Part shown: piece by piece, positions 40,518-48,617 of the stretch
Numbering within the stretch: the stretch's first letter is position 1
Layout of the letters: each line of letters begins with the position of its first letter
Source: Comamonadaceae bacterium
GTDB taxonomy: Bacteria > Pseudomonadota > Gammaproteobacteria > Burkholderiales > Burkholderiaceae_C
Direction: 5' to 3'
Length of the DNA stretch: 64,000 nucleotides
NCBI GenBank assembly: GCA_025352965.1
Contig: JANXRP010000134.1
Location: forward strand, 11,179 to 75,178
Translations under genes and position numbers: made by a program
Notes under the pieces: model-generated
The model's input: only the letters and a program-made list of their open reading frames with translations
Databases searched by the model: none
What the model was told of the DNA's origin: nothing

Positions 40518-41117
40518 ATGAATAACGTGCACAATCTTGAAGATCATTTTGAGCAATATTCGGCTAAGTTGCAACGGATACTTGCCAGCACTGAATGGGA
40601 TAATGTATCACAGCTTGCACAAGATCTTCTATCATGTTGGAAAAGGAAGTCCCATGTATATATATGTGGTAATGGCGGTAGTGCTGGAAACGCCAATCAT
40701 CTAGCCAATGATTTTATTTATGGCATTGCAAAAATGACAGGTGCCGGATTGCGGATATCAAGCTTATCCACAAATACCTCAGTTATTACCTGCTTAGCGA
40801 ATGATATTGGTTATGAAAAAATTTACTCAGAGCAACTTGCAGTACTTGGTCAAAAGAATGATCTTCTTATTACATTAAGTGGCAGTGGAAATTCCTCCAA
40901 CATCATAAATGCTCTCAAGCAAGCAAAGGAGATGGAGATAAAGTCATACGCAATACTAGGATATGATGGCGGCGCTTGCAAAGAAATTGCAGATATATTT
41001 ATACATTTCCCTGTGAATGACATGCAAATGGCAGAAGATTTACAACTGATATCAGGTCATATGATTATGCAATGGCTCTATAACAATAAAAATCAGATTC
41101 AATCAAATATTCATTGA
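40518..41117 (+). CDS. SIS-domain sugar-phosphate isomerase, GmhA-like paralog
   Basis: 199 aa. Contains VYICGNGGSAGNANHLANDF and TLSGSGNSSNI, as in phosphoheptose isomerase. Confidence 0.75.
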   Translation: MNNVHNLEDHFEQYSAKLQRILASTEWDNVSQLAQDLLSCWKRKSHVYICGNGGSAGNANHLANDFIYGIAKMTGAGLRISSLSTNTSVITCLANDIGYEKIYSEQLAVLGQKNDLLITLSGSGNSSNIINALKQAKEMEIKSYAILGYDGGACKEIADIFIHFPVNDMQMAEDLQLISGHMIMQWLYNNKNQIQSNIH

Positions 41118-41150
41118 TAACTAATTACATTTCTATTATTAATTGTTAAA

Positions 41151-42308
41151 ATGTTAAATAAAAAAAATATAATTTTAATGGGGATGCAAATATCCGATCG
41201 AATAATATTGATGGGAAAATTATGGAAGAATTTAAATCATACTGTAATTTTACTATATTGCAATGAGAGTATTGTTTTCACAAACTTAAAAAACGAATCA
41301 TTTGATGTCATAATAAAAGCACAAAATGCTGATGAATTATTAACCATAGCAATGAAAATCAGCAACTCAATTTTTCATTATTTCAACTACGGCCCCGATC
41401 AACTTGGATATTATCTTTATTCAAATAAATTCACTTATATATATGATTATAAGGATTTATTTTCAAACGTAGTACATCAAACTATTGATGATAACTCATT
41501 AGCAATTGAAAAAGAGATTGTAAAAAACTCTGTTGCCATTACCCGTAGGGATGAGCAAATATTTTACTATCTAAAAATGAATAATATTGATTATGATCTA
41601 GAAAAAATAATATATTCCCCAGGCTATTTTAACAAAGAGATTGAGTATGAAAAAAAAGTCATATCAAATCTATCAAATTATTATGTAGATAAACCTATCA
41701 AAATAATTATGAGTGGCGGCTACTTATCGGAAAGTAATCCTGAATCTATATTATATGAAGGCATATCACATTTAGTTAAACAATTTGCAGGTAATGGACT
41801 GGAAATTGATTTGATTGGCAATTTTTCATCCTCTTTATCACATGAAGCCAGCAATTTCCCATTGCTCACTGAGCTTGTTAGTAGAAAATGGGTGAATATT
41901 TTACCTATGACTAATTCAGAGGATTTTGATAATGTTTTATTAAATTATGATTTTGCAATGCATATGTTTAATTTTGATGTAATTGAATCAGATTACACGA
42001 TTCAATTTAAAAATTCAAATTTATTAGATTACGGCGGAAGCGCTAGAATATACTCATTTATAAAAGCTAATCTTCCAATCATCCTTGGAAAATCGCTACC
42101 TCATATTAAAAATATATTGGAAAATTCAGGGTTCGCAATTGAATACCGTGATGAATACAAAGACTCCATGAAGAATATTTTAAATAATTATAGAGTAGCA
42201 AATTATAAAAAAGAAATATATCCATATCGAGATAAGTTCAATGATAGAGTTGCTACGATTAAATTTAAAGAAAACATAAAACAAATTGGAAAGGAAATAT
42301 ATGCGTGA
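41151..42308 (+). CDS. Hypothetical protein; possibly a very divergent GT-B-like enzyme
   Basis: 385 aa, extremely AT-rich codons, no TM segments, and no motif I can name. Two Rossmann-like halves are suggested (NIILMG..., IKIIMSGG...IDLIGN...). The coding call rests on ORF length and operon packing. Confidence 0.4.
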   Translation: MLNKKNIILMGMQISDRIILMGKLWKNLNHTVILLYCNESIVFTNLKNESFDVIIKAQNADELLTIAMKISNSIFHYFNYGPDQLGYYLYSNKFTYIYDYKDLFSNVVHQTIDDNSLAIEKEIVKNSVAITRRDEQIFYYLKMNNIDYDLEKIIYSPGYFNKEIEYEKKVISNLSNYYVDKPIKIIMSGGYLSESNPESILYEGISHLVKQFAGNGLEIDLIGNFSSSLSHEASNFPLLTELVSRKWVNILPMTNSEDFDNVLLNYDFAMHMFNFDVIESDYTIQFKNSNLLDYGGSARIYSFIKANLPIILGKSLPHIKNILENSGFAIEYRDEYKDSMKNILNNYRVANYKKEIYPYRDKFNDRVATIKFKENIKQIGKEIYA

Positions 42309-42999
42309 AATTGAAAAAAAAATCCGCGCCTTTGAAATGCGATTGCAAGCCAATATGAAGGAAGTTTTTTGTCCAGTTCATTTGTCACTAGGGCATGAGT
42401 CGGTGGCAGCAGACTTACATGAAGTTATGCAGTCTGGTGATTGGCTATTTTCAACACACCGGAATCATCATCATTATTTAGCAAAGGGCGGATCAGAAGA
42501 AAAGCTTTGGGATGAAATAATGGGATTAAAGTCTGGCATCAATGGTGGATTTGCTGGCTCACAAGCGGTTGTAGATCCAAGCATTAATTTTCACTCTAGT
42601 GCAATATTAGGTGGCCTTATAGGCGTTGCAGCAGGGACTGCAATGGCTTTAAAATTAAATAATAGCAATGATATATCGATTTGTGGCATAGGTGACGCAG
42701 GAACTGAGCAAGGTGTATTTTGGGAGAGTCTAAACTTTGCTGCATTGCATAATTTGCCTGTTGCATATATTTGTGAAAACAACGGAAAGTCTGTTGATGC
42801 ACTAATTGAAGAAAGGCAGGCAATGCCTATCAGCTCAAGAGTTGCAGCTTTTGGAGTCACTACATTTAATAATGTGAAAGTAGCTATCGATTTTTGTAGA
42901 AAAGAAAAAAAACCTGTATTTTGCGAAATTAAAGTCAACTTAGAATGTGCACACATCAACATGGCAACCATGCTTGATTTGTGTGCGCATACAGCTTAA
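42301..42999 (+). CDS. Thiamine-diphosphate-dependent dehydrogenase E1 alpha-like subunit (short form)
   Basis: About 233 aa. Contains HLSLGHESVAADL...STHRNHHHYLAKGG (the E1-alpha HLxxGQEA...YRxH pattern). The ThDP motif is GIGDAGTEQGVFWESLNFAALHNLPVAYICENNG (GDG...NN). The start is placed at the ATG at 42301 after AAGGAA. Confidence 0.7.
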   Translation: MREIEKKIRAFEMRLQANMKEVFCPVHLSLGHESVAADLHEVMQSGDWLFSTHRNHHHYLAKGGSEEKLWDEIMGLKSGINGGFAGSQAVVDPSINFHSSAILGGLIGVAAGTAMALKLNNSNDISICGIGDAGTEQGVFWESLNFAALHNLPVAYICENNGKSVDALIEERQAMPISSRVAAFGVTTFNNVKVAIDFCRKEKKPVFCEIKVNLECAHINMATMLDLCAHTA

Positions 43000-43020
43000 T
43001 ATATTTTGAAGGTATTCATA

Positions 43021-43677
43021 ATGAATATGAATTTAAAAAATACAAAAAAAACATTTGCTTCAGAAATAAATCGTGCGCTTCATGACTCATTAGAGGCAGA
43101 TTCAAACGTAGTCGTTGGTGGGCAACTCGTTAAGTATGGAGTTGCTGGTTTGACAACTGGTCTTTATGATAAATTCAAGAATCAATTTATTACATACTCT
43201 GTATCGGAATCTTTAATGAATTCTAGTGCGATGGGATTAGCACTTGCTGGCAAGCGTGTCGTTATGATTCATGTCAGGATTGATTTTTTAGCTAGCGGTA
43301 TGTGCGCGTTAGTCAATCATGTCCCAATATGGTATAAAAAAGGATTGAAAATGCCTATTACCTATATTTGTCAAGTAGGTAAAGGAATGGGGCAAGGTGC
43401 CCAACATAGTAAAGATCTCACTAGTTGGTTTCAAAATTTTGAAGGCTGGACCGTAAAAATACCTGAAACGCCACAACAAGCGTTCGATATGCTTCAAGAG
43501 TCTATAAAAGGTGATAAGCCAGTTATGTATGTTATACATCGCGAGCTTTTCGATTTACCAGAAGGAAAAAAAATTACTATCAATAAAGAAATTAAATTAT
43601 GCGGAGCTAGCCAAGAGCATGAATCAGATTTTTACGGAGCTGAATTCATTTCAGCTAAAAGTAAACTTATAAAGTAA
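43021..43677 (+). CDS. E1 beta-like subunit (transketolase pyrimidine-binding domain only)
   Basis: About 218 aa. FASEINRALHDSLEADSNVVVGGQLV...YSVSESLMNSSAMGLALAGKRVVMIH follows the E1-beta Pyr-domain pattern. The C-terminal transketolase domain is absent. Confidence 0.7.
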   Translation: MNMNLKNTKKTFASEINRALHDSLEADSNVVVGGQLVKYGVAGLTTGLYDKFKNQFITYSVSESLMNSSAMGLALAGKRVVMIHVRIDFLASGMCALVNHVPIWYKKGLKMPITYICQVGKGMGQGAQHSKDLTSWFQNFEGWTVKIPETPQQAFDMLQESIKGDKPVMYVIHRELFDLPEGKKITINKEIKLCGASQEHESDFYGAEFISAKSKLIK

Positions 43678-43734
43678 GCTTCTCCGAAAGTAAAAAATCG
43701 CATCTAACCGCATTCAGTAGTTAAAAATTTTATA

Positions 43735-44997
43735 ATGAACATAAAAATATTAAATGATTATGATTCCTTTGAGCTAGCTAATGGGAGTAAGCGCGGGGAT
43801 TTTGATATCGTTTTATATGGTGCTGGTACAGCTGTAAGTTCGTATGCCAGAATGGCGCTAGCAGCGCTCCGTCATCTAGGTGTTGAGCCTCTATGCTTTA
43901 TAGACGACGACCCGAAAAGAATTGGTGAATCATTTTTAGGTATTCCTATTTTTAAACCTGAATATTTAAATTTATTAGATAAAAAATGCATTGTGCTTGT
44001 GTCAAGTAACTATTTTCCAAGCATTACGAATACGCTCCAGCGACTAAATTATCAAGGTCTTCTTTATAGCTTGACTCCACTTCTGCGATCAAGCGCGCCT
44101 GAAGCCTTTGAGTCGCTAATGTCTTTTGATGAAGTATTGCGGCGATTACACACGCATCATTCCAAACTTGAAAGATTTAGTTCAGCCGAAAATCTCAATA
44201 AACCTGTAGTCTTAAACGCTATCGATATACAAGTGACCGAGCGTTGCTCAATGAAATGTATTGACTGTTCAAATTTAATGCAATATTACGAGCAGCCTAA
44301 GGATGCAAACACAGAGGATTTTTTAAGTAACATCGCCACTCTCATCCGGTCCGTACAGCGCATTGATGATGCCCGAGTTTTGGGAGGGGAGCCTTTTATG
44401 TATAAAGACTTGCCTCAGATCCTAAATTTACTTTCTCACAGTGAAAAAATTGTGAGAGTTACAGTATATTCTAATGGAACTTTCGTTCCTAGAGAAGATA
44501 TATTAAATGCACTTATTCATCCAAAAATAGAAGTGGAAATTACTGACTACGATGAACTTTCAAAAAAACATGATCAAGTCGTAAATACATTCAAAAATCT
44601 TCATATTCGATATATCACTCATAAACCACAAAATTGGACTGATTCGGCTAGGATTGTTAAAAATAATAAAACTGTGAATGAGCTTAATACAATGTTTGAA
44701 AGATGCTGCGTCAATGATGCATTAACACTTTTGCATGATAAGCTTTATCATTGTCCATTTTCAGCAAATGCATATAATTTAAAAGCAATACCTGATGATT
44801 CAACGGATTACATTGAATTTCCTTCTATTGAAAAAAATGAAAATATTCAAGAAAAAATAAATCAATTTTATTTCAAAAAAAATCATTTATCAGCTTGTCA
44901 ATATTGTTTAGGTCGAGATTTTACTCAAGAGGCAGTTGTAGCTGCCATACAGACAAAAAAAGCAATTCCAATCCCTGTCGTATGGGTAAAGAATTAA
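43735..44997 (+). CDS. Radical SAM enzyme with N-terminal Rossmann-like module and Cys-rich C-terminal (SPASM/twitch-like) region
   Basis: 420 aa. CxxxCxxC is present (ERCSMKCIDCSN). C-terminal cysteines are CCVND...HCPF...ACQYCLG. The N-terminus reads DIVLYGAGTAV...CFIDDDPKRIG. Confidence 0.75.
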   Translation: MNIKILNDYDSFELANGSKRGDFDIVLYGAGTAVSSYARMALAALRHLGVEPLCFIDDDPKRIGESFLGIPIFKPEYLNLLDKKCIVLVSSNYFPSITNTLQRLNYQGLLYSLTPLLRSSAPEAFESLMSFDEVLRRLHTHHSKLERFSSAENLNKPVVLNAIDIQVTERCSMKCIDCSNLMQYYEQPKDANTEDFLSNIATLIRSVQRIDDARVLGGEPFMYKDLPQILNLLSHSEKIVRVTVYSNGTFVPREDILNALIHPKIEVEITDYDELSKKHDQVVNTFKNLHIRYITHKPQNWTDSARIVKNNKTVNELNTMFERCCVNDALTLLHDKLYHCPFSANAYNLKAIPDDSTDYIEFPSIEKNENIQEKINQFYFKKNHLSACQYCLGRDFTQEAVVAAIQTKKAIPIPVVWVKN

Positions 44998-46373
44998 TAA
45001 AAATTTCATTCATAATACCCACATTCAGATCCACTCTGAATGGGTTAATTAATTATATTGAAAAAATATTGATTAAAACTAAGCTAGATGCAGAAATTAT
45101 TATTATAAATGATTTGCATACTAGGGTTTTATGTATCCATGACTTTCCTGATAAATTTGAATTTTTAAATATTAATATAATTAACAATTTAGAAAATAAA
45201 GGGCCTGGATATTCTAGAAATATAGGTATTTCTAGTGCAAAAAATTCATATCTATGTTTTTTAGACGATGACGATGACTTATCTATAGAGGGGTTAGAGA
45301 AGCTAAAACTACTTTGCAATGATGCAGACTTAATTTGCCTCAAATTTTTTGATTCAAAAGGCACCTTTTCAAACCATTCTATTGTTAAATCTTTCCCTAA
45401 TGGAGCCAGCTACACTGGAGATTTTTATGTTAAAACTATTAATAAGTTAGGATTTTTGGCTTCTCATTGTCAACCATATTTATTTCAAAAAAAATTTTTA
45501 AATAACAACAATCTAAAATATCCAAATACTTACATTGTCGAAGATATCTCTTTTGTAACGGCATGCCTCATTCAATGTAAAAAAATATCTGTCTATAATT
45601 TTGATTTTTATATTTATGCATCCCGATCTGGCACTTTGAAAGAGGATGCTAATTTTTTACGACTTATTGACATTTTTTTCGCCCAAAATTGGCTTCAATC
45701 TTATTTTTCAAAAAATTTTGAAGCTGAAAAAAAAGAATTATTAAAAAAAACTATTACCTTATTAAATTTACTTTTCATTTGCCGTGTTATTTATAACGAA
45801 ACTAATTCATTTCAAAGAAATAATGCATCTTATTTTGATGAAACATCAGACAAAATTTTACATTCAATATTGAACAGTGAAGAAATAAATCAATATTTAG
45901 AAAAAATTCATTCGAATAATTACTCAAAATCAATTAGTAACCAATCTGCGCAAACCATAACAAACGAACTAGGCTATTATTTTTCACACATTAGAAATAA
46001 AATTAAAGAAAAAATAATTTCAAAAACTAATCCGCTTGAAATCACATTATTATATTGTTATGGTCCCATATCAATTGGTTATTTTTTAATGTTTAAAAAA
46101 ATTAATCCCATGTCTAAAATTTTCTTTATTGATGACAATATAAATAGTCAACAGAAAAAAAATATCTCTTATGGAGAATATACAATGCGTGTCGAAGAAT
46201 TTATCTCTAATAATAATTTAAATTTAAAAAAATGTGATTTAAAAATTATAATTTGTCATCTACATTTTCATGTGATAAAAAAAATACATGCAAAATCAAT
46301 TCGCGATTTCAAAAAATTTAGCAATGCTAATTTTTCTCTCACGATTAATGATTTATATACAGTTTTTGATTAA
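44982..46373 (+). CDS. Family 2 glycosyltransferase with about 220-aa C-terminal extension
   Basis: Start at MGKELIKISFIIPTF (44982), overlapping the radical SAM gene by 16 nt. The GT-A motifs are IIINDLHT, GPGYSRNIG and FLDDDDD. Confidence 0.75.
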   Translation: MGKELIKISFIIPTFRSTLNGLINYIEKILIKTKLDAEIIIINDLHTRVLCIHDFPDKFEFLNINIINNLENKGPGYSRNIGISSAKNSYLCFLDDDDDLSIEGLEKLKLLCNDADLICLKFFDSKGTFSNHSIVKSFPNGASYTGDFYVKTINKLGFLASHCQPYLFQKKFLNNNNLKYPNTYIVEDISFVTACLIQCKKISVYNFDFYIYASRSGTLKEDANFLRLIDIFFAQNWLQSYFSKNFEAEKKELLKKTITLLNLLFICRVIYNETNSFQRNNASYFDETSDKILHSILNSEEINQYLEKIHSNNYSKSISNQSAQTITNELGYYFSHIRNKIKEKIISKTNPLEITLLYCYGPISIGYFLMFKKINPMSKIFFIDDNINSQQKKNISYGEYTMRVEEFISNNNLNLKKCDLKIIICHLHFHVIKKIHAKSIRDFKKFSNANFSLTINDLYTVFD

Positions 46374-46382
46374 ATTAAAAAC

Positions 46383-47822
46383 ATGAATACTAAAATAGTT
46401 TTTGTTTCAGGTCGTTTTAATGTACTGCATCCTGGTCATTTGCGTTTGTTGCGCTTTGCAAAATCATATGGCAATCGGTTAATAGTAGCTGTCGAGAGCG
46501 ATGAAAGCGCAGGCAAGTATGCACTTGTGCCAGAACAGCTCAGGCTAGAAGGCGTACAGAGCAACAGCTGTGTTGATGAGGCCTTTATTGCGCATGAATC
46601 AATTCCTAGTTTAATAACCAAATTACAACCCGATTTTGTTGTAAAAGGTAAGGAGCATGAATCATTATTCAATCCTGAATTATTTGCTCTAGAACAATAC
46701 GGAGGCCATTTGGTCTTCAGCTCTGGAGAGGCCATTTTTTCTTCATTGGATTTAATTCGAAAAGAATTTAGTAGTTTTGATCCATCCTCTATCAGCCTAC
46801 CATCTGAATATCTTGCTAGGCATCAGATTCAGGTTCAGCATCTAATCCGCTTAATTGCACAGTTTGCAAAATTAAATGTTTGCGTCTTAGGTGATTTAAT
46901 CGTCGATGAGTACATCACTTGTGAACCGCTAGGAATGTCCCAAGAAGATCCTACCATTGTCGTTACACCCATTGATTCAATCCGCTTTATTGGTGGTGCT
47001 GGTATCGTTGCAGCGCATGCGGCTGGGCTTGGCTCTTGCGTAAGTTTTGTGTCAGTAGCTGGGATTGACGATGCAAGAGATTTTGCCATAAAAAAACTTT
47101 CGGATGCCGACGTGCACTTACATATCCTAACCGATAGTAGCCGCCCTACAACGCTAAAACAGCGTTTTCGCTGTAAAGGTAAAAGCCTTCTGCGGGTAAG
47201 TCATTTGCGTCAAAATGCTATATCAATAACATTACAAGAACAATTATTAAAAAAAATTGAAACTATACTAAAAAATGGCATTGATTTACTAGTTTTTTCA
47301 GATTTTAATTATGGCTGCCTCCCACAACCCTTGGTAGATAGGATTATTCAAAGGGCTAAAAAATATGGCGTATTATTAGCCGCAGATAGTCAATCGTCGT
47401 CACAAATGGGCGATGTCAGTCGCTTTGTAAGCATGGATTTAATCACACCCACCGAGCATGAGGCACGCATTAGCACGCGTAATCACGAAGATGGTTTAGT
47501 TGTACTCGCTGAGTCACTTAGAACTCAATCTTTCGCCAAAAATATATTACTTAAAATGGGCGAAGAAGGGTTGCTTATTCATGCTGTTAATAATAAAGCT
47601 AATAATTCATGGCTTACAGACCGCGTCGATTCTCTTAATAGTTCACCGAAGGATGTGGCTGGTGCGGGCGACTCGCTACTCATTGCGAGCGCTCTAACTT
47701 TGGCAAGTGGAGGCAATATTTGGGAGGCCGCATGTCTTGGCTCACTTGCTGCAGCAGTGCAGGTTGGACGTGTTGGAAATACACCAATTCAAGCTGCGGA
47801 GTTATTGCAGGAGCTTATCTAA
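46383..47822 (+). CDS. Bifunctional cytidylyltransferase-like nucleotidyltransferase (N-terminal) + PfkB/ribokinase-like sugar kinase (C-terminal); HldE-like with reversed domain order
   Basis: 479 aa. The N-terminus, FVSGRFNVLHPGHLRLLRFAKSYGNRLIVAV, carries an HxGH motif. The C-terminus, DVAGAGDSLLIASAL, carries the PfkB signature. Confidence 0.7.
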   Translation: MNTKIVFVSGRFNVLHPGHLRLLRFAKSYGNRLIVAVESDESAGKYALVPEQLRLEGVQSNSCVDEAFIAHESIPSLITKLQPDFVVKGKEHESLFNPELFALEQYGGHLVFSSGEAIFSSLDLIRKEFSSFDPSSISLPSEYLARHQIQVQHLIRLIAQFAKLNVCVLGDLIVDEYITCEPLGMSQEDPTIVVTPIDSIRFIGGAGIVAAHAAGLGSCVSFVSVAGIDDARDFAIKKLSDADVHLHILTDSSRPTTLKQRFRCKGKSLLRVSHLRQNAISITLQEQLLKKIETILKNGIDLLVFSDFNYGCLPQPLVDRIIQRAKKYGVLLAADSQSSSQMGDVSRFVSMDLITPTEHEARISTRNHEDGLVVLAESLRTQSFAKNILLKMGEEGLLIHAVNNKANNSWLTDRVDSLNSSPKDVAGAGDSLLIASALTLASGGNIWEAACLGSLAAAVQVGRVGNTPIQAAELLQELI

Positions 47823-48565
47823 TGCGAGCCCTGCTTTTAGCAGCCGGCCTTGGGACACGACTAAGACCAATTACAAATGTGATGCCAAAATGTTTAGTGA
47901 AAATTAATGGCCGGCCACTACTTGATTATTGGTTGGAACTCTTAAGTCAAGCGGGCATCACTGAGGTGCTTATTAATTTGCATTATCTGCCAGAACAAGT
48001 TTTAGATTATATAAAAACTTGCAAATATCCAATAACAATAACAACTGCATTTGAGGAAAATTTATTGTCAACGGCTGGAACAATTTTAAAAAATAAAGAT
48101 TTTTTAAAAAAAGAGCCTTTTTTTGTTATACATGCAGATAATTTATCAATATTCAATGTAAATGAATTTAAGGAAAAGTTTTATAGGCGAGAATCTACCG
48201 TGGAAATTACGATGATGACATTTTATACAGATTCCCCCAAAGAGTGCGGCATAGTGGAGTTAAACAGTAATAATATTGTTTCCGCTTTTCATGAAAAAGT
48301 GACCTCGCCTCCAAGCAATCTCGCAAATGGAGCTGTATACATTATTTCACCTCTAGTTGTTGATTTCATATCAAGTCTTAAATTAACAGTGATAGATTTT
48401 AGTACTCAAGTACTTCCGCATTTTATGGGGCGTATCAATACTTACCACAATCATTTTTATCATCGAGATATCGGAACGATCACCAGCCTCGAAATTGCAG
48501 AAAAAGAATATCCTAAATATTCAAAGCTTTATCATCAACATTTTATACAAACATCCCTTTTATAA
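47822..48565 (+). CDS. Sugar-1-phosphate nucleotidyltransferase (HddC/RmlA-fold)
   Basis: Start at MRALLLAAGLGTRLRPIT (47822, a TAATG overlap with the upstream stop). G-x-G-T-R-L nucleotide-binding motif. Confidence 0.75.
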   Translation: MRALLLAAGLGTRLRPITNVMPKCLVKINGRPLLDYWLELLSQAGITEVLINLHYLPEQVLDYIKTCKYPITITTAFEENLLSTAGTILKNKDFLKKEPFFVIHADNLSIFNVNEFKEKFYRRESTVEITMMTFYTDSPKECGIVELNSNNIVSAFHEKVTSPPSNLANGAVYIISPLVVDFISSLKLTVIDFSTQVLPHFMGRINTYHNHFYHRDIGTITSLEIAEKEYPKYSKLYHQHFIQTSLL

Positions 48566-48617
48566 AATCAACACAAGATTCTATAAACATCGCTGAAATA
48601 GCAACTCTAATTGACAC

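Noticed and set aside
40674-40681. GGCGGTAG, the core of the RfaH ops/JUMPStart element, on the sense strand of the island.
   Set aside because: It lies inside the GmhA-like coding sequence, where it encodes the conserved NGGS motif. The downstream bases (TGCT) do not complete the 12-nt ops consensus GGCGGTAGnnTG. It is most likely coincidental.
42286-42300. Track start at 42286 for the E1-alpha-like gene (MERKYMREIEKK).
   Set aside because: The ATG at 42301 is preceded by AAGGAA at suitable spacing, whereas the 42286 start would sit within that RBS. The choice does not affect the functional call.
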